From the IMG/VR virus record IMGVR_UViG_3300046694_000619: DNA of 64,000 nucleotides. One strand, given 5' to 3'. Under the pieces are notes generated by a model. It made no database searches, was not told the origin of the DNA, and was given only the letters and a program-made list of their open reading frames with translations. Source of the stretch: a virus (lineage: Duplodnaviria; Caudoviricetes). Below, in pieces: positions 7,950 through 19,789 of this stretch (positions are counted from its first letter, which is position 1; every line of letters begins with the position of its first letter). Position numbers and translations under genes: made by a program.

Positions 7950-9665
7950 ATGTTTAAGAATTCTGTGACCTTGCAACTGGCGCTTTTTCTGGCCGTTGTG
8001 GCCGCGATTACGGGCAGTTTGACCTTTTCGTACTCGGAGGCTATCCCCTACCTGCATAGCGAATTTCCATCAATAAGGCGAGTGCATGATGAGAGACCGT
8101 ATGTCATTGAAAGTATCGTCAGTCTTGTCTCCCTGATACTTTCGCTGTTTGCCATTTCGCAAATCAAGGCGGTCAAACAGGGATTTAAGAGCGGGTTCGG
8201 CGCATTTGACGCACTACATGGTGTACTGACTTCGGCTGAATTCAGTCTCGATTCGGGACTTTTCTTTATTGACGCCAACCGCAAGGTACTGTCTTCCACG
8301 CAATTGCCAATGCGCGTCGCGCAGGTGAAGTCAGTCGCCGACATGGTCGGCAAGCGCTATGAAGATGTTTTTCCGCCCAAGTTTTCCTGGCTACTCGAGG
8401 GGCTTGAGGCGAAATCACGCACTACGCGACAGCCGGCGGCCGTAGAAATTTCCGACTGGTCTCCGTACTGTCCCCATCCGATTGGCCCGGTGATTCTGAT
8501 GGCGATGCCGGCGTTTCGTGACGGCCAATATGTGGGACATACCATCATTTTTCGAAGCGCTACCGAAATCCGGCTTGCGGAAGAATCTGCCATACTGCAT
8601 CAGCAGAATTACGAGGTGCTGTTTGACAACCTGCAATGCGGTGTGGCAGTTTGCCGGCTCGCCGTGAGCGGTGATGGCGGCCCGGACGCCTACGTCGTCG
8701 AAGCGAATCCAGGTTTCAAACGCATGATGGATGGACTGCCCTTGCCGTACACGGAACCCTTTTCCGTCGCATGGCCGAGCTTTTCAATCCACGACAAGCT
8801 GCGCCAGGGCATTGCCCGGGTCACGTCTGGAGAGCAAAGCTACCAGTGTCAGATTTTTCTGCCGGAACTCGGCAAGCATTTCGACGTCACGCTCGCCGCG
8901 CTGTCTGCCGGACGCTTTCAACTCGTGTTCAGCGACCAGACTGACGTTCGCAGTCACGAGCAACAGGTGCTGACGCTCAACGACCGGATGCAGCGCAACC
9001 TTGCTCACCAGAGCAAATATCTCGCGAGCATGCTCGAGGATATTGACCACTTCCATATGGCCGCGGGTGACATAGTCGAGGCGCACCTCGACCAGCTGTC
9101 CAAGGCTGTGCCCAATCTCGCGCCGCCATGGGGCGAAGTTGTGGCGCAGTCGTGCACCGAGCTTTACCGGGTGCGCAGCCAGTTCGGCAAGTATCACACG
9201 GCGCGTAGCCTTCCGTACCAGGCCACGACGCTCGTCCAGCCGGCGGACATCGTCAAGCGGCTACTTGAGACGATAGAAAATCGTTACCCCGACATCCGGT
9301 TCCAGGTCGGTGCACTGCCCGCGGTGGTGGCGAGCCCGGAAGTGCTGACCAGCATTATCGAGCGTATTCTCGTGACGCTCGCGAGCCAGCGGCGAGAAGA
9401 GGCAGCCAGGATAGTGGTCGACGGGGCCAGCGGGTTCCTGACGACTGGCGTATGTGTGGAGGCGATGGGCATCGACTGCACGTCACTGTTCCTCGAGATT
9501 CCACCAGACACACAGCCCCTGGACTGGACGCTCACGAGCGACCTTGAGCTCGCCACTGTCCGTCGCATGGTGAACGAGCATGGCGGCGAGCTTCTTATCG
9601 GCCCGGCGGAGCAAGGTGAGGGGGTGCGAATAACCGTGACAGTCGGCTCTCCCGTGGCACACTGA
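7950..9665 (+). CDS. membrane PAS-domain sensor, degenerate histidine-kinase-like
   Basis: Two N-terminal TM helices, PAS-like segments (LFDNLQCGVAV, EANPGF), HATPase-like tail LELATVRRMVNEHGGEL...GEGVRITVTV; no clear H-box. Confidence 0.6.
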   Translation: MFKNSVTLQLALFLAVVAAITGSLTFSYSEAIPYLHSEFPSIRRVHDERPYVIESIVSLVSLILSLFAISQIKAVKQGFKSGFGAFDALHGVLTSAEFSLDSGLFFIDANRKVLSSTQLPMRVAQVKSVADMVGKRYEDVFPPKFSWLLEGLEAKSRTTRQPAAVEISDWSPYCPHPIGPVILMAMPAFRDGQYVGHTIIFRSATEIRLAEESAILHQQNYEVLFDNLQCGVAVCRLAVSGDGGPDAYVVEANPGFKRMMDGLPLPYTEPFSVAWPSFSIHDKLRQGIARVTSGEQSYQCQIFLPELGKHFDVTLAALSAGRFQLVFSDQTDVRSHEQQVLTLNDRMQRNLAHQSKYLASMLEDIDHFHMAAGDIVEAHLDQLSKAVPNLAPPWGEVVAQSCTELYRVRSQFGKYHTARSLPYQATTLVQPADIVKRLLETIENRYPDIRFQVGALPAVVASPEVLTSIIERILVTLASQRREEAARIVVDGASGFLTTGVCVEAMGIDCTSLFLEIPPDTQPLDWTLTSDLELATVRRMVNEHGGELLIGPAEQGEGVRITVTVGSPVAH

Positions 9666-9684
9666 AGAGTCGCGACCCACTACG

Positions 9685-9710
9685 AAGCGCCCAGCTTGGC
9701 TGGGCGTTTT
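9685..9710 (+). terminator. intrinsic terminator
   Basis: aagcgcccagc-ttg-gctgggcgtttt. Confidence 0.65.
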
Positions 9711-9753
9711 GCATTTTATGTGGTATAATGTCACCATCCAATCAACGAGTTAA

Positions 9754-11796
<2,043 letters not shown>

Positions 11797-11836
11797 AAGC
11801 GCCTACGCGCCGCCGAACCACATCTCGGGACCGACC

Positions 11837-12595
11837 ATGACACAGAAAAATACGGGCAAGAAGCACGAGGCTGCCGTTGACGCGTATCTCGCGAAGCTCA
11901 AGACCTTCCTGATGACGCCGGACCACGGCGACGGCAGCTGGCCGGACATCCCACGCGAAGAGCTGGATACGGGAAACGGGCTGGTCCACGAGATGATGGA
12001 ATTGAAGTGGGGGACGGACGTAGACCGCGATTCGCCGGTGCGCGTGCGCATCTGGGAGCGCCGACAGGTCCACCTGCTGTGCGACTGGGCCTACATCCAG
12101 AACCCACCGCGCGATGAAGAGACGGAACCGGCGGATGAGCGGCAAGCCCGGTTCCTCCGCAACATCCAGACGATTTCATCTGCGTCGGCCGCCTGCGCTG
12201 AAGAGCTTCGTCGCGTGCATCTCGAGATGGCGGACATTCACGCGCGAGAACTGCGCCGCAAGGCCGCATTCGACGTTCACGTGGTCGAGTACGCAGCTCC
12301 GCAGGACAATGCCTCCGGAAAGAAGCGTAGTTTCAAGGACGACGTCATCAGCGTTCACCCTACAGCCGAGGCAGCAGAGCAGTTCATCGTCGAGCAGGAG
12401 AAGCATGGCATGACCCTGACCCGGACAATCATCATGTCCGCGACGCCCGGCTATCAGGACAGCCCGACGGACAAGTTCGCAGAGTACCGCGCCAAGGTCA
12501 ATGCGCAGTTCGAGAAGGTGGTGCCCAGCTACGAGACGCGTCAGGCGCTGAACCTTCAGTTTGTGCGCACCGTGCGCAAGGCCGAAAATGGGTGA
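11837..12595 (+). CDS. hypothetical protein
   Basis: Start revised to MTQKNTG. Confidence 0.65.
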   Translation: MTQKNTGKKHEAAVDAYLAKLKTFLMTPDHGDGSWPDIPREELDTGNGLVHEMMELKWGTDVDRDSPVRVRIWERRQVHLLCDWAYIQNPPRDEETEPADERQARFLRNIQTISSASAACAEELRRVHLEMADIHARELRRKAAFDVHVVEYAAPQDNASGKKRSFKDDVISVHPTAEAAEQFIVEQEKHGMTLTRTIIMSATPGYQDSPTDKFAEYRAKVNAQFEKVVPSYETRQALNLQFVRTVRKAENG

Positions 12596-12836
12596 GGCAC
12601 GGCGGCGCGGAACCCGCGAACAGCGCGTAGCAACCGCGGAGCCGCGCGCGCCGCGCATGGGCGCTGATGCGCGTCGACGGGTGATGGCTGAGGCGTTGGC
12701 CCAGGGCCTAGTCAAAGGCATGGCCGAGGTGCTCACACCGATTTTTGGCCAAGGGTCGAACTCCGGTCTGACTGGCGGCGTTGAAACAGAAAACCCCGGC
12801 GCGGTGGCCGGGGGTGAGACGTCCGTGGACGGTTAA
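12588..12836 (+). CDS. small hypothetical protein (MGEARRRGT N-terminus)
   Basis: Overlaps the stop of the upstream gene. Confidence 0.5.
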   Translation: MGEARRRGTREQRVATAEPRAPRMGADARRRVMAEALAQGLVKGMAEVLTPIFGQGSNSGLTGGVETENPGAVAGGETSVDG

Positions 12837-13114
12837 GCCTTTCCTTCCGGGCTGTAGTAGAGACTCTCCCCACACTGGCCGCAGAAGTGTTCCCGCATAA
12901 AAGTTCGCTGCATAACGTTGCGAACCTGGATGCGGTCGTGTCCGCAGCTGTGGCAGGCGACGCGCGTTCCTTTGACAGCGGCCGGGTAGGTCGCGCGATA
13001 CCACTGATAGTTTTTCGCACGCATACGCTTCATGCGCTTTACGTTCGCCGTCACAATGACGACTGCGACGACTACGATAAACAGTGGTATGGCCAAAGCA
13101 AAGAGTGTGTCCAT
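12833..13114 (-). CDS. membrane-anchored Zn-ribbon protein
   Basis: N-terminal TM, CHSC and CGQC pairs. Confidence 0.65.
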   Translation of the reverse strand: MDTLFALAIPLFIVVVAVVIVTANVKRMKRMRAKNYQWYRATYPAAVKGTRVACHSCGHDRIQVRNVMQRTFMREHFCGQCGESLYYSPEGKA

Positions 13115-13327
13115 CTGAAAAGCTCCTGATTAACGGTGATTTCCTTTTCGGCCTGAGCGGCCTGAGAGGCTAGGCATTTGCCTGGTTGCCCGATTTGTAT
13201 AGCGTGTCGTGCGCTGGACGCTACCGTTGCGCGCAGCCCCTGGCTGTCCTGCACAAAGTAACGAAGTAGGCGGGTCGGTTTTCCCTATACGAGTTGAGTC
13301 ATCAACTTTAAGAGGGAGGACATAGCG

Positions 13328-15508
13328 ATGGAAATGCAAGCAGACCTGTTGGGTGAGCAGACTTTTGCGGCCGTACACCCAATCACGTTGTTTTCGCGGA
13401 AGAAGTCGGAGTTTCAGCCGGTTGTTTTGGCAGAAGCGCCGGCCGACATCCTGGGCATGCCTGAAGGGGAGCTGGACGAGAAGATTGCCAAAGCGATGGC
13501 CGTGATGAAATGGGCCATGCAGCGCTGGGAAATCTGCTACAGCTATTCCGGCGGCAAGGACAGTTCTACCGTCCTGTCGATGGCACTCGCGGCCGCGGCG
13601 CAGTTGAAGGCCGAGGGTCGCGAGGTGAAGCGCTTTCTCGTGCTCAATTCGGACACGAAGGTGGAGAACCCGGAAGTCAAGGGCGTCGCCACTCTCGAGC
13701 TGGAGCGGGTACGGGAGTGGATTGCGCGGCACGAGCTGCCGGGCGCGGTTGAGGTGACGAAGCCGAACGTGCTCGCCGAATGGGCGGTGCACATCATCGG
13801 CGGCCAGACACTCATCAGCACCCCGGTGACGAACCGCAACTGCACGACTGACCTGAAGACCGTGCCGCTGAATCGGGCTCGAATCCGCTTCTTCGGGGTC
13901 AACAAGGTCGCGCAGGGCAAATTCTCGGTCGGTATGACGGGTGTTCGCTACAGCGAGAGTGCCGAGCGCGCCGCCAACATGGCCAAGCGCGCGGAGTCGC
14001 CCACGCAACTCGTGCAGACCAATGTCGAGCAGGACGTGTATCTCGCGCCTATCGCCAACTGGTCGACCGACGACGTGATGGAGTACATCGGTCTCGCCGT
14101 CAACGACCTGTTGCCGCTCGACATCTACACCGACATGAAGGACGTCTGGCGCATCTACAAGGATGCCGAGGGCGAGTGTACGGTGGGGCGCGGCGACAAG
14201 CCGAGCGATGCGTGCGGCGCGCGCCACGGTTGCTATGTCTGCAACATGGTCCAGGAAGACAAGAGCATGCTGTCGTTTCTCATGCAGGAGCAGTATGCCT
14301 ACATGGAACCGCTGTCGCGCTTTCGTGAGTACCTGAGCAACACGCTGTTCGACATGAGCAAGCGTGCGTGGATGGGCCGCAGCATCACCGATGGCTACAT
14401 CCAGTTCGCACCAGGTTCGTACGCACCCGCGTACACCCAGGACCTGTTGCGGTTTGCGCTGACCATCGACCGGAATGAGCAACTGAAGGCCGCGGAGCTG
14501 GGCGTTGAGCCCCGCTTCCAGATTGTTGGCCCTGAAGCGCTCATTGCAATCGACGCAATCTGGAGTCTCCAAGGATATGCCCGTCCGTATACTGCGTTGT
14601 TCATTTACAACGACGTGTTTGAGAAGGGGCTGAGCTTCGAGATTCCGAAGGTGCCGAAAGCCGAGAAGTGCCCGATGCCGGCGCCGCGCTACATTCCCGT
14701 GAAGGACTGGGATGAGTCGGCAATGGATGTCTACACGGGGCTGCGCAGTTCGCTTCACGAGATGCACGGTGAAGCGGCTTGTGGCGCTACGCGGGAAATC
14801 AACAGCAAGGGCGGCGTGCGGACGGTCATGGACATCGGCACCTCGGACCTCTTTGAGGTTCACGAGGAGTCGGTGGCCATGATTCTCGGGTTCGAACTGG
14901 AGCGGCTGGTCCAGCGCTATCACGATTCGGCTCGAGCGGGCGGTGTGCCTCTGTCGGGAGAGAGCTACAAGTTCTATCTCCAGTATGGGGTCATCAGCCT
15001 GGCGAAGTCGCAGGTCAGCGAGGCCGACCGTATTTTGCGTCGTTCATCCTGGCGCGAACGGCATGGTCTCGCAGGCTACAACTTCGATGTGGCGCGCGCT
15101 CTCTCGATGTCAGTCGAGAAGCCTGAGCCCCTGGTCGAACCGAGCCCGGATGTTATGCGGGCCCAGCGAGACCGGGCGGATGCGGCGGCGCGTGCAGCTG
15201 CGCGCGCGGCCGTGCGTCACCGGACGTTGTCACTGGATGAGCTGTATCGCCAGTGGTCCCCGGATGTGCCGTGGCGTCAGTTGATGAGGATGGGGCTTCC
15301 GAGCAGCAGGCTGTTGTCGCATTGCCTGCACAAGAAAGACCCGGCGTACAGCAACCGACGCCTGAAGGGATGGGCGATTCATCACTTCGTTCGTCTCGGC
15401 CCGCTGGTGGACTTCCTGAAGGCCAATCCTGACATCGCCGAGAAGGTCAAAGAACATCGCAGCTCGCGTCGTCGTAAGGGCTCGCAGATGTTGCTGTTTG
15501 CGGCATAA
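13328..15508 (+). CDS. PAPS-reductase/DndC-like PP-loop protein
   Basis: SYSGGKDSS PP-loop, SDTKVENP, RNCTTDLK, GVRYSESAER, PIANWSTDDV, ARHGCYVC. Confidence 0.85.
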   Translation: MEMQADLLGEQTFAAVHPITLFSRKKSEFQPVVLAEAPADILGMPEGELDEKIAKAMAVMKWAMQRWEICYSYSGGKDSSTVLSMALAAAAQLKAEGREVKRFLVLNSDTKVENPEVKGVATLELERVREWIARHELPGAVEVTKPNVLAEWAVHIIGGQTLISTPVTNRNCTTDLKTVPLNRARIRFFGVNKVAQGKFSVGMTGVRYSESAERAANMAKRAESPTQLVQTNVEQDVYLAPIANWSTDDVMEYIGLAVNDLLPLDIYTDMKDVWRIYKDAEGECTVGRGDKPSDACGARHGCYVCNMVQEDKSMLSFLMQEQYAYMEPLSRFREYLSNTLFDMSKRAWMGRSITDGYIQFAPGSYAPAYTQDLLRFALTIDRNEQLKAAELGVEPRFQIVGPEALIAIDAIWSLQGYARPYTALFIYNDVFEKGLSFEIPKVPKAEKCPMPAPRYIPVKDWDESAMDVYTGLRSSLHEMHGEAACGATREINSKGGVRTVMDIGTSDLFEVHEESVAMILGFELERLVQRYHDSARAGGVPLSGESYKFYLQYGVISLAKSQVSEADRILRRSSWRERHGLAGYNFDVARALSMSVEKPEPLVEPSPDVMRAQRDRADAAARAAARAAVRHRTLSLDELYRQWSPDVPWRQLMRMGLPSSRLLSHCLHKKDPAYSNRRLKGWAIHHFVRLGPLVDFLKANPDIAEKVKEHRSSRRRKGSQMLLFAA

Positions 15509-15619
15509 CCTCCACGCCACGGGATTTCTCCGTGGCGTTTTTTTCATCCTCGGGCTGAAGATTTCCAAGCCTCCCGGTTGGCTATACGGACTGTGTGGTC
15601 AACTAACCTGGAGGTCAAT

Positions 15620-15901
15620 ATGTCGCGTTCCGCAATTCAAAGCCTGCCGTCCCTGGATGTTTCCGCAAAGCCAATCAAGGTATTTCACGCTATAACCGAT
15701 GTCGAGATGCAGTTCGACGCAACGGTAAGCGCTGAATATGCCGTCGCATTCGCCTATTGCGAGGAGAATAACCGACTCTCCGAGCTGTACGCACACCGTG
15801 ACGACGCACGGCTCCCGGCGATGTATGCCAAGCTTCCCATGATGCGCGGCAAGCAGTCGGTGGGCTGCGGCGACTGGATGGCAGCCTGTCCGCTGCACTG
15901 A
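15620..15901 (+). CDS. hypothetical protein
   Basis: GGAGG RBS, start MSRSAIQ. Confidence 0.6.
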   Translation: MSRSAIQSLPSLDVSAKPIKVFHAITDVEMQFDATVSAEYAVAFAYCEENNRLSELYAHRDDARLPAMYAKLPMMRGKQSVGCGDWMAACPLH

Positions 15902-15926
15902 TTCTTAACACAAGGAGGGTTTCACC

Positions 15927-16166
15927 ATGAAAACGTACGTGGTCACCGCAGACGACATCGAGAACGTTCTGAGCCAGTATTCACTGCGCGTCGCCGACAC
16001 GCAGGGCAAATCGTTCGCAACGATGGCCGCCGAACTGGTCGACGAACTGGACCTGACCACTGTCGAGGCTGCTGCTTCGACCGGGGATACGAAAGACGCT
16101 CAGGGCCAGGCCGTATTCAAGGCGCTACACCAGCTGCTCGTCAAGGAAGGCGTCCTGGAGTTTTAA
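15927..16166 (+). CDS. hypothetical protein
   Basis: AAGGAGG RBS; followed by a hairpin terminator. Confidence 0.65.
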   Translation: MKTYVVTADDIENVLSQYSLRVADTQGKSFATMAAELVDELDLTTVEAAASTGDTKDAQGQAVFKALHQLLVKEGVLEF

Positions 16167-16355
16167 TCAGGCTGATTCGCCGACCCACTCAACGCCATGC
16201 TTTTTGCATGGCGTTTTTCATCCCGAAACATCGCTTTGCGGCGCGCACCGTGTTTCTACGAAATGCGCCTTTAATGCCTGCCTGTTTAAGGAATTAGTAA
16301 AAGCTCGCCGTGATACTGTGTCGGTCGTCGTTTTAAGTGGGCCTGAGCTTCCGCA

Positions 16356-17504
16356 ATGTCTATAAACCTCACAAAGATTGGCGTTTTTTTCGATGGCAGC
16401 TTCTTTCACGGCGTGTCGTCCTACTATTTGAACCAACACCCGCGTCGCTCGCGCATCGCGCTGAGTGGTATTCGCGATTACGCAGCGCATCACATTGCGC
16501 TCGAAGAGGGCGTTCAGCCGCGGCATTGCCGGATTGTCGAGTCGCACTTTTTTGCGGGCCGGATGAACTCTTATGAAGCTCGCGAGCGTGACGGCACACT
16601 TTTTCGCGACCGGGTGTGGGATGAGATTCTCCAGAAGGAGGATGTCACTGCTCACTATATGCCCATGGGATTGCGCGGCGAGAAAGGCATTGACGTGTCT
16701 CTTGCGCTGGAATGCTATGAGTTGGTGACGCTTAAAGGCCTCGATGTCGTCGTGCTCGTGACCGGCGACGGTGACTTTGTACCGCTCGTGCGCAAACTCA
16801 ATGCGCTTGGCGTCCGGGTAATGGTTTTTGGCTGCACATATTCATTCCTCGACAATGCAGGCCGGGAACGTGGCGCCACGGTCTCTCGCTATCTGCTCAA
16901 TGAGGCGACATACCCCGTGCTATTGCACGAGCTCATAGACGGCTACGCAACGCTGCCTGATGCCGAGCGCGCGCTCATCGACGGCCTTTTCCTGAAGAAA
17001 GCGGCAGAGTCGGAAGAGGCATCCGAACTGGCCGCTACCCCGGCCGCCGAAGCGCCAGCCGCAGCCGTGCCAGCTCCCCAACCGGTGCCTGAGGCCTCTT
17101 TCGTACAAGTTGAGACACGGCCGGTGGCTCCAGCAGCACCCGACGTACATCCGCCGGCCATACGCCTGTCCGCCCGAGCAAGACAACCTGTTGTCGACGC
17201 AGGGCCGCCCGCGTCACGCGATTCGCTCGAACGGCTGGCTAAATCAGGATTCGCCAACGGCGCCGGGTCGAAAGAGCCGCCGGCGCGGGACCGGCGTATA
17301 ACCGGTCGTGTGATACGTGTACTCGATGGCTATGGCTTCATTCAGTCCGACGTCACGGATGAAACGCCGTTCTTTCACCATTCCGAAGTGGCGAAACGCG
17401 GCTTCGACCATATTCAGCCTGGCACACCCGTGAGCTTCATTGAGACACAAGGCGACCGGGGAAAGGTCGCGAAGAGTGTCCAACTGCTTGACGAGGCCGC
17501 CTGA
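16356..17504 (+). CDS. NYN (LabA/DUF88, PIN-like) nuclease domain fused to a C-terminal cold-shock domain
   Basis: VFFDGSF, EKGIDVSLA, LVTGDGDFVPLV; C-terminal GYGFIQ...FFHHSEV...V.F. Confidence 0.88.
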   Translation: MSINLTKIGVFFDGSFFHGVSSYYLNQHPRRSRIALSGIRDYAAHHIALEEGVQPRHCRIVESHFFAGRMNSYEARERDGTLFRDRVWDEILQKEDVTAHYMPMGLRGEKGIDVSLALECYELVTLKGLDVVVLVTGDGDFVPLVRKLNALGVRVMVFGCTYSFLDNAGRERGATVSRYLLNEATYPVLLHELIDGYATLPDAERALIDGLFLKKAAESEEASELAATPAAEAPAAAVPAPQPVPEASFVQVETRPVAPAAPDVHPPAIRLSARARQPVVDAGPPASRDSLERLAKSGFANGAGSKEPPARDRRITGRVIRVLDGYGFIQSDVTDETPFFHHSEVAKRGFDHIQPGTPVSFIETQGDRGKVAKSVQLLDEAA

Positions 17505-17575
17505 TGCCCCCCCGGAAGGCTCAGCGAGCTATACCTCGTAGCAGCATGTGCGGTCTAACCAACGAGGAAAAGGCT

Positions 17576-17812
17576 ATGAGCCAGAAGAAGCTGAAGCAGG
17601 TCATCGCGGTTATCACGTTCGAGGACAACGGCGACAATATCCTGGGGTTGAGCGACGCCGCAACATGGCTGGACGGCAAGCTGCGCTCCTCCGGTACTGC
17701 GGTCGAAACGCTCGAAGTGACGACATTCACAACCGCGGCGCACGCGGCGCAAGCCGAGACCGAGCGCTCCGGCGACTTTGCGCTCGACGCAGAACGCCTG
17801 CTCGGGCACTGA
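17576..17812 (+). CDS. hypothetical protein
   Basis: Start revised to MSQKKLK. Confidence 0.6.
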   Translation: MSQKKLKQVIAVITFEDNGDNILGLSDAATWLDGKLRSSGTAVETLEVTTFTTAAHAAQAETERSGDFALDAERLLGH

Positions 17813-17879
17813 ACGTTACAGGAAAGTCCACACCTCTGAGCCACGGATACGCTCCGTGGCTTTTTTACGTCTGCTGCGC

Positions 17880-18125
17880 TCAGAAATCGAAGTTCGGCTT
17901 ACCCGGCTTCGCCTTCCACGCCAGATGGACCCAGCCCGCCGGCACATAGTGGCTCATGCCGGCTGCATCAAGAATCCGGTGACCGCCACTCTCGCTTACC
18001 GCGAGATGCGTGGGAGCGTCGATACGTACCTTCACCACGCCGCCTTTGGCCGAAACAGGAAACGTGTACTCGCGAAACTGTTCGCTCGTGAGGTCATTGA
18101 ACTTGTGAGCAGACTTGTTTTTCAT
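17880..18125 (-). CDS. hypothetical protein
   Basis: Start revised to MKNKSAHKF; upstream TCGACA-17-TATACT promoter. Confidence 0.6.
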   Translation of the reverse strand: MKNKSAHKFNDLTSEQFREYTFPVSAKGGVVKVRIDAPTHLAVSESGGHRILDAAGMSHYVPAGWVHLAWKAKPGKPNFDF

Positions 18126-18420
18126 CGTGTTTGACAGGGTGTGCGTGCGGTCGCGACGCGAGGAATTCAAGGAAGTCGCAGGTTTAGGCTTCCCGGTCAC
18201 AAGTATATCGTAAAAAGGCGTGTTGTCGAGTTTGAGCCTATCAAGGTCGGGCAGCCAGGGAGTGAGTTGTGCTGCCACGCACTTGCTACCTTCAGGTAAT
18301 GGCGTCAGGTGCACGCTCACATCGGGCGGGCTGGTGAGCCTTAGTCGTTTGTTGTGTTTTACGTAAAATGTGCTATAATGCTAGTTAATTATTCAATTTC
18401 TGCCTTCCGAGGAAACGCCC

Positions 18421-19677
18421 ATGTTCTTCCACATCATGCTGGAAATCTTCGAACTGCTGCCGGTGCTGCTCATCATCTGCACAGCAGTCAACTTCCTGCT
18501 GCGCCTGCTCACGAAGGCCGCGCAACCGATGCGCGACTACACCTACCAGCCGAAGGTCAGCGTGCTCGTGCCGGTCTACAACGAGGGCGAGAACATTCTC
18601 AACACACTCAACAGCATCATCAACGCCGACTGGCCTCGCGACAAGCTGGAAATCATCGCGTATGACGACTTCAGCAAGGACGAGTCGATGATGTACGTGC
18701 AGCAGATTGCGGACGCGCATCCGGGCCTGGTTCGGGTCGGCCGCAACCCGGTGAACTCGGGTAAGCACCTGACCGTGCTGAACGCATCCAAGCACGCTAC
18801 GGGCGAGATTTTCATCGTCATCGACAGCGACTGCATCTTCCACAAGGACGTTATCAAGGAACTCGTGGCGTGCTTCGGCGATGAACGTGTCGGTGCGGTC
18901 GGCGGCGCGGTGGGCATCACCAACGTGAACGACAACATCTACACGATGGCGCAGGCCGTGACCTACTTCCGCAGCTTCCAGTTGGGCAAGCTCACGCAGA
19001 TTCTACAGGGTGGCGTCAGCTGCATCAGCGGGTGCCTGTTCTCGGTGCGCGCCTCCGTCTATCGCGACATCGAGGACGACATCAAGAATCTGAACTTCCT
19101 GGGTGTCAAGGTCCGCGCCGGCGAAGACCGGTACATGACGCACACCATCATGCTGCGCGGCTGGCGTACCCTCATTAACCCGAACGCTATCTGCTGGACG
19201 TCGGTGCCCAACAAGTTCGACGTGCTGTTCAAGCAGCAACTTCGCTGGTCGCGCTCGGCGCTGCGTGATGCGATGTGGACGCTGGTGACGCTGCGCAAGA
19301 ACTTCGAAGTCGTGGGTGTCAACCGGACCCTGACGTGGCTCATGCCTTATGTGCTGGCCATCCTCGTGACTTTCTTCGCACTGAGCTGCGTAAAGGTCTA
19401 TGGCCCCGGCGTGTTCTGGAAGGGCGCCTGCTTCGGCCTGATTTACGGTGCCGTGACCTCCATCATGTCCGCGTTGGCCTACAACTACTATGCGCCGCGC
19501 CTGATGCCGGGCTCGAAGAAAATCAGTACCGTACTGGCGGTGGGTCTGTTCCAGGCCTGGGGCCTGATTTCTCTGATGCTGCACTTCATGGCACTGTTTT
19601 CGTTCGACCAGGACGCATGGGGCACGCGGGAGAAGGTAGCGACGCCCGAGCAGGAAGGTGCCACTTCTGCCAATTGA
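18421..19677 (+). CDS. processive GT2 glycosyltransferase, NodC/class I hyaluronan-synthase-like
   Basis: PVYNE, DDFSKD, GKH, DSD, CISGC, GEDRYMT, QQLRWSRS, plus N- and C-terminal TM helices. Confidence 0.9.
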   Translation: MFFHIMLEIFELLPVLLIICTAVNFLLRLLTKAAQPMRDYTYQPKVSVLVPVYNEGENILNTLNSIINADWPRDKLEIIAYDDFSKDESMMYVQQIADAHPGLVRVGRNPVNSGKHLTVLNASKHATGEIFIVIDSDCIFHKDVIKELVACFGDERVGAVGGAVGITNVNDNIYTMAQAVTYFRSFQLGKLTQILQGGVSCISGCLFSVRASVYRDIEDDIKNLNFLGVKVRAGEDRYMTHTIMLRGWRTLINPNAICWTSVPNKFDVLFKQQLRWSRSALRDAMWTLVTLRKNFEVVGVNRTLTWLMPYVLAILVTFFALSCVKVYGPGVFWKGACFGLIYGAVTSIMSALAYNYYAPRLMPGSKKISTVLAVGLFQAWGLISLMLHFMALFSFDQDAWGTREKVATPEQEGATSAN

Positions 19678-19789
19678 AAAACGGGCTGTTAACTTACGCG
19701 TTATTTGCGATAAAGAACCTTTCTGTGGTATAATGCTACTCATCAGTTAAGGTTCAGCCGTTTCCACAACACTATTTGCCGAGAAAATC

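Noticed and set aside
13130-14923. Long antisense ORFs (e.g. 13130-14923, 22270-23685, 43539-44804, 50434-51582)
   Set aside because: Shadow frames of genuine opposite-strand genes, as expected in GC-rich DNA.
18421-19677. nodC of a Nod-factor locus
   Set aside because: No nodA, nodB, nodD or nod box; the neighbours point to polymer export instead.
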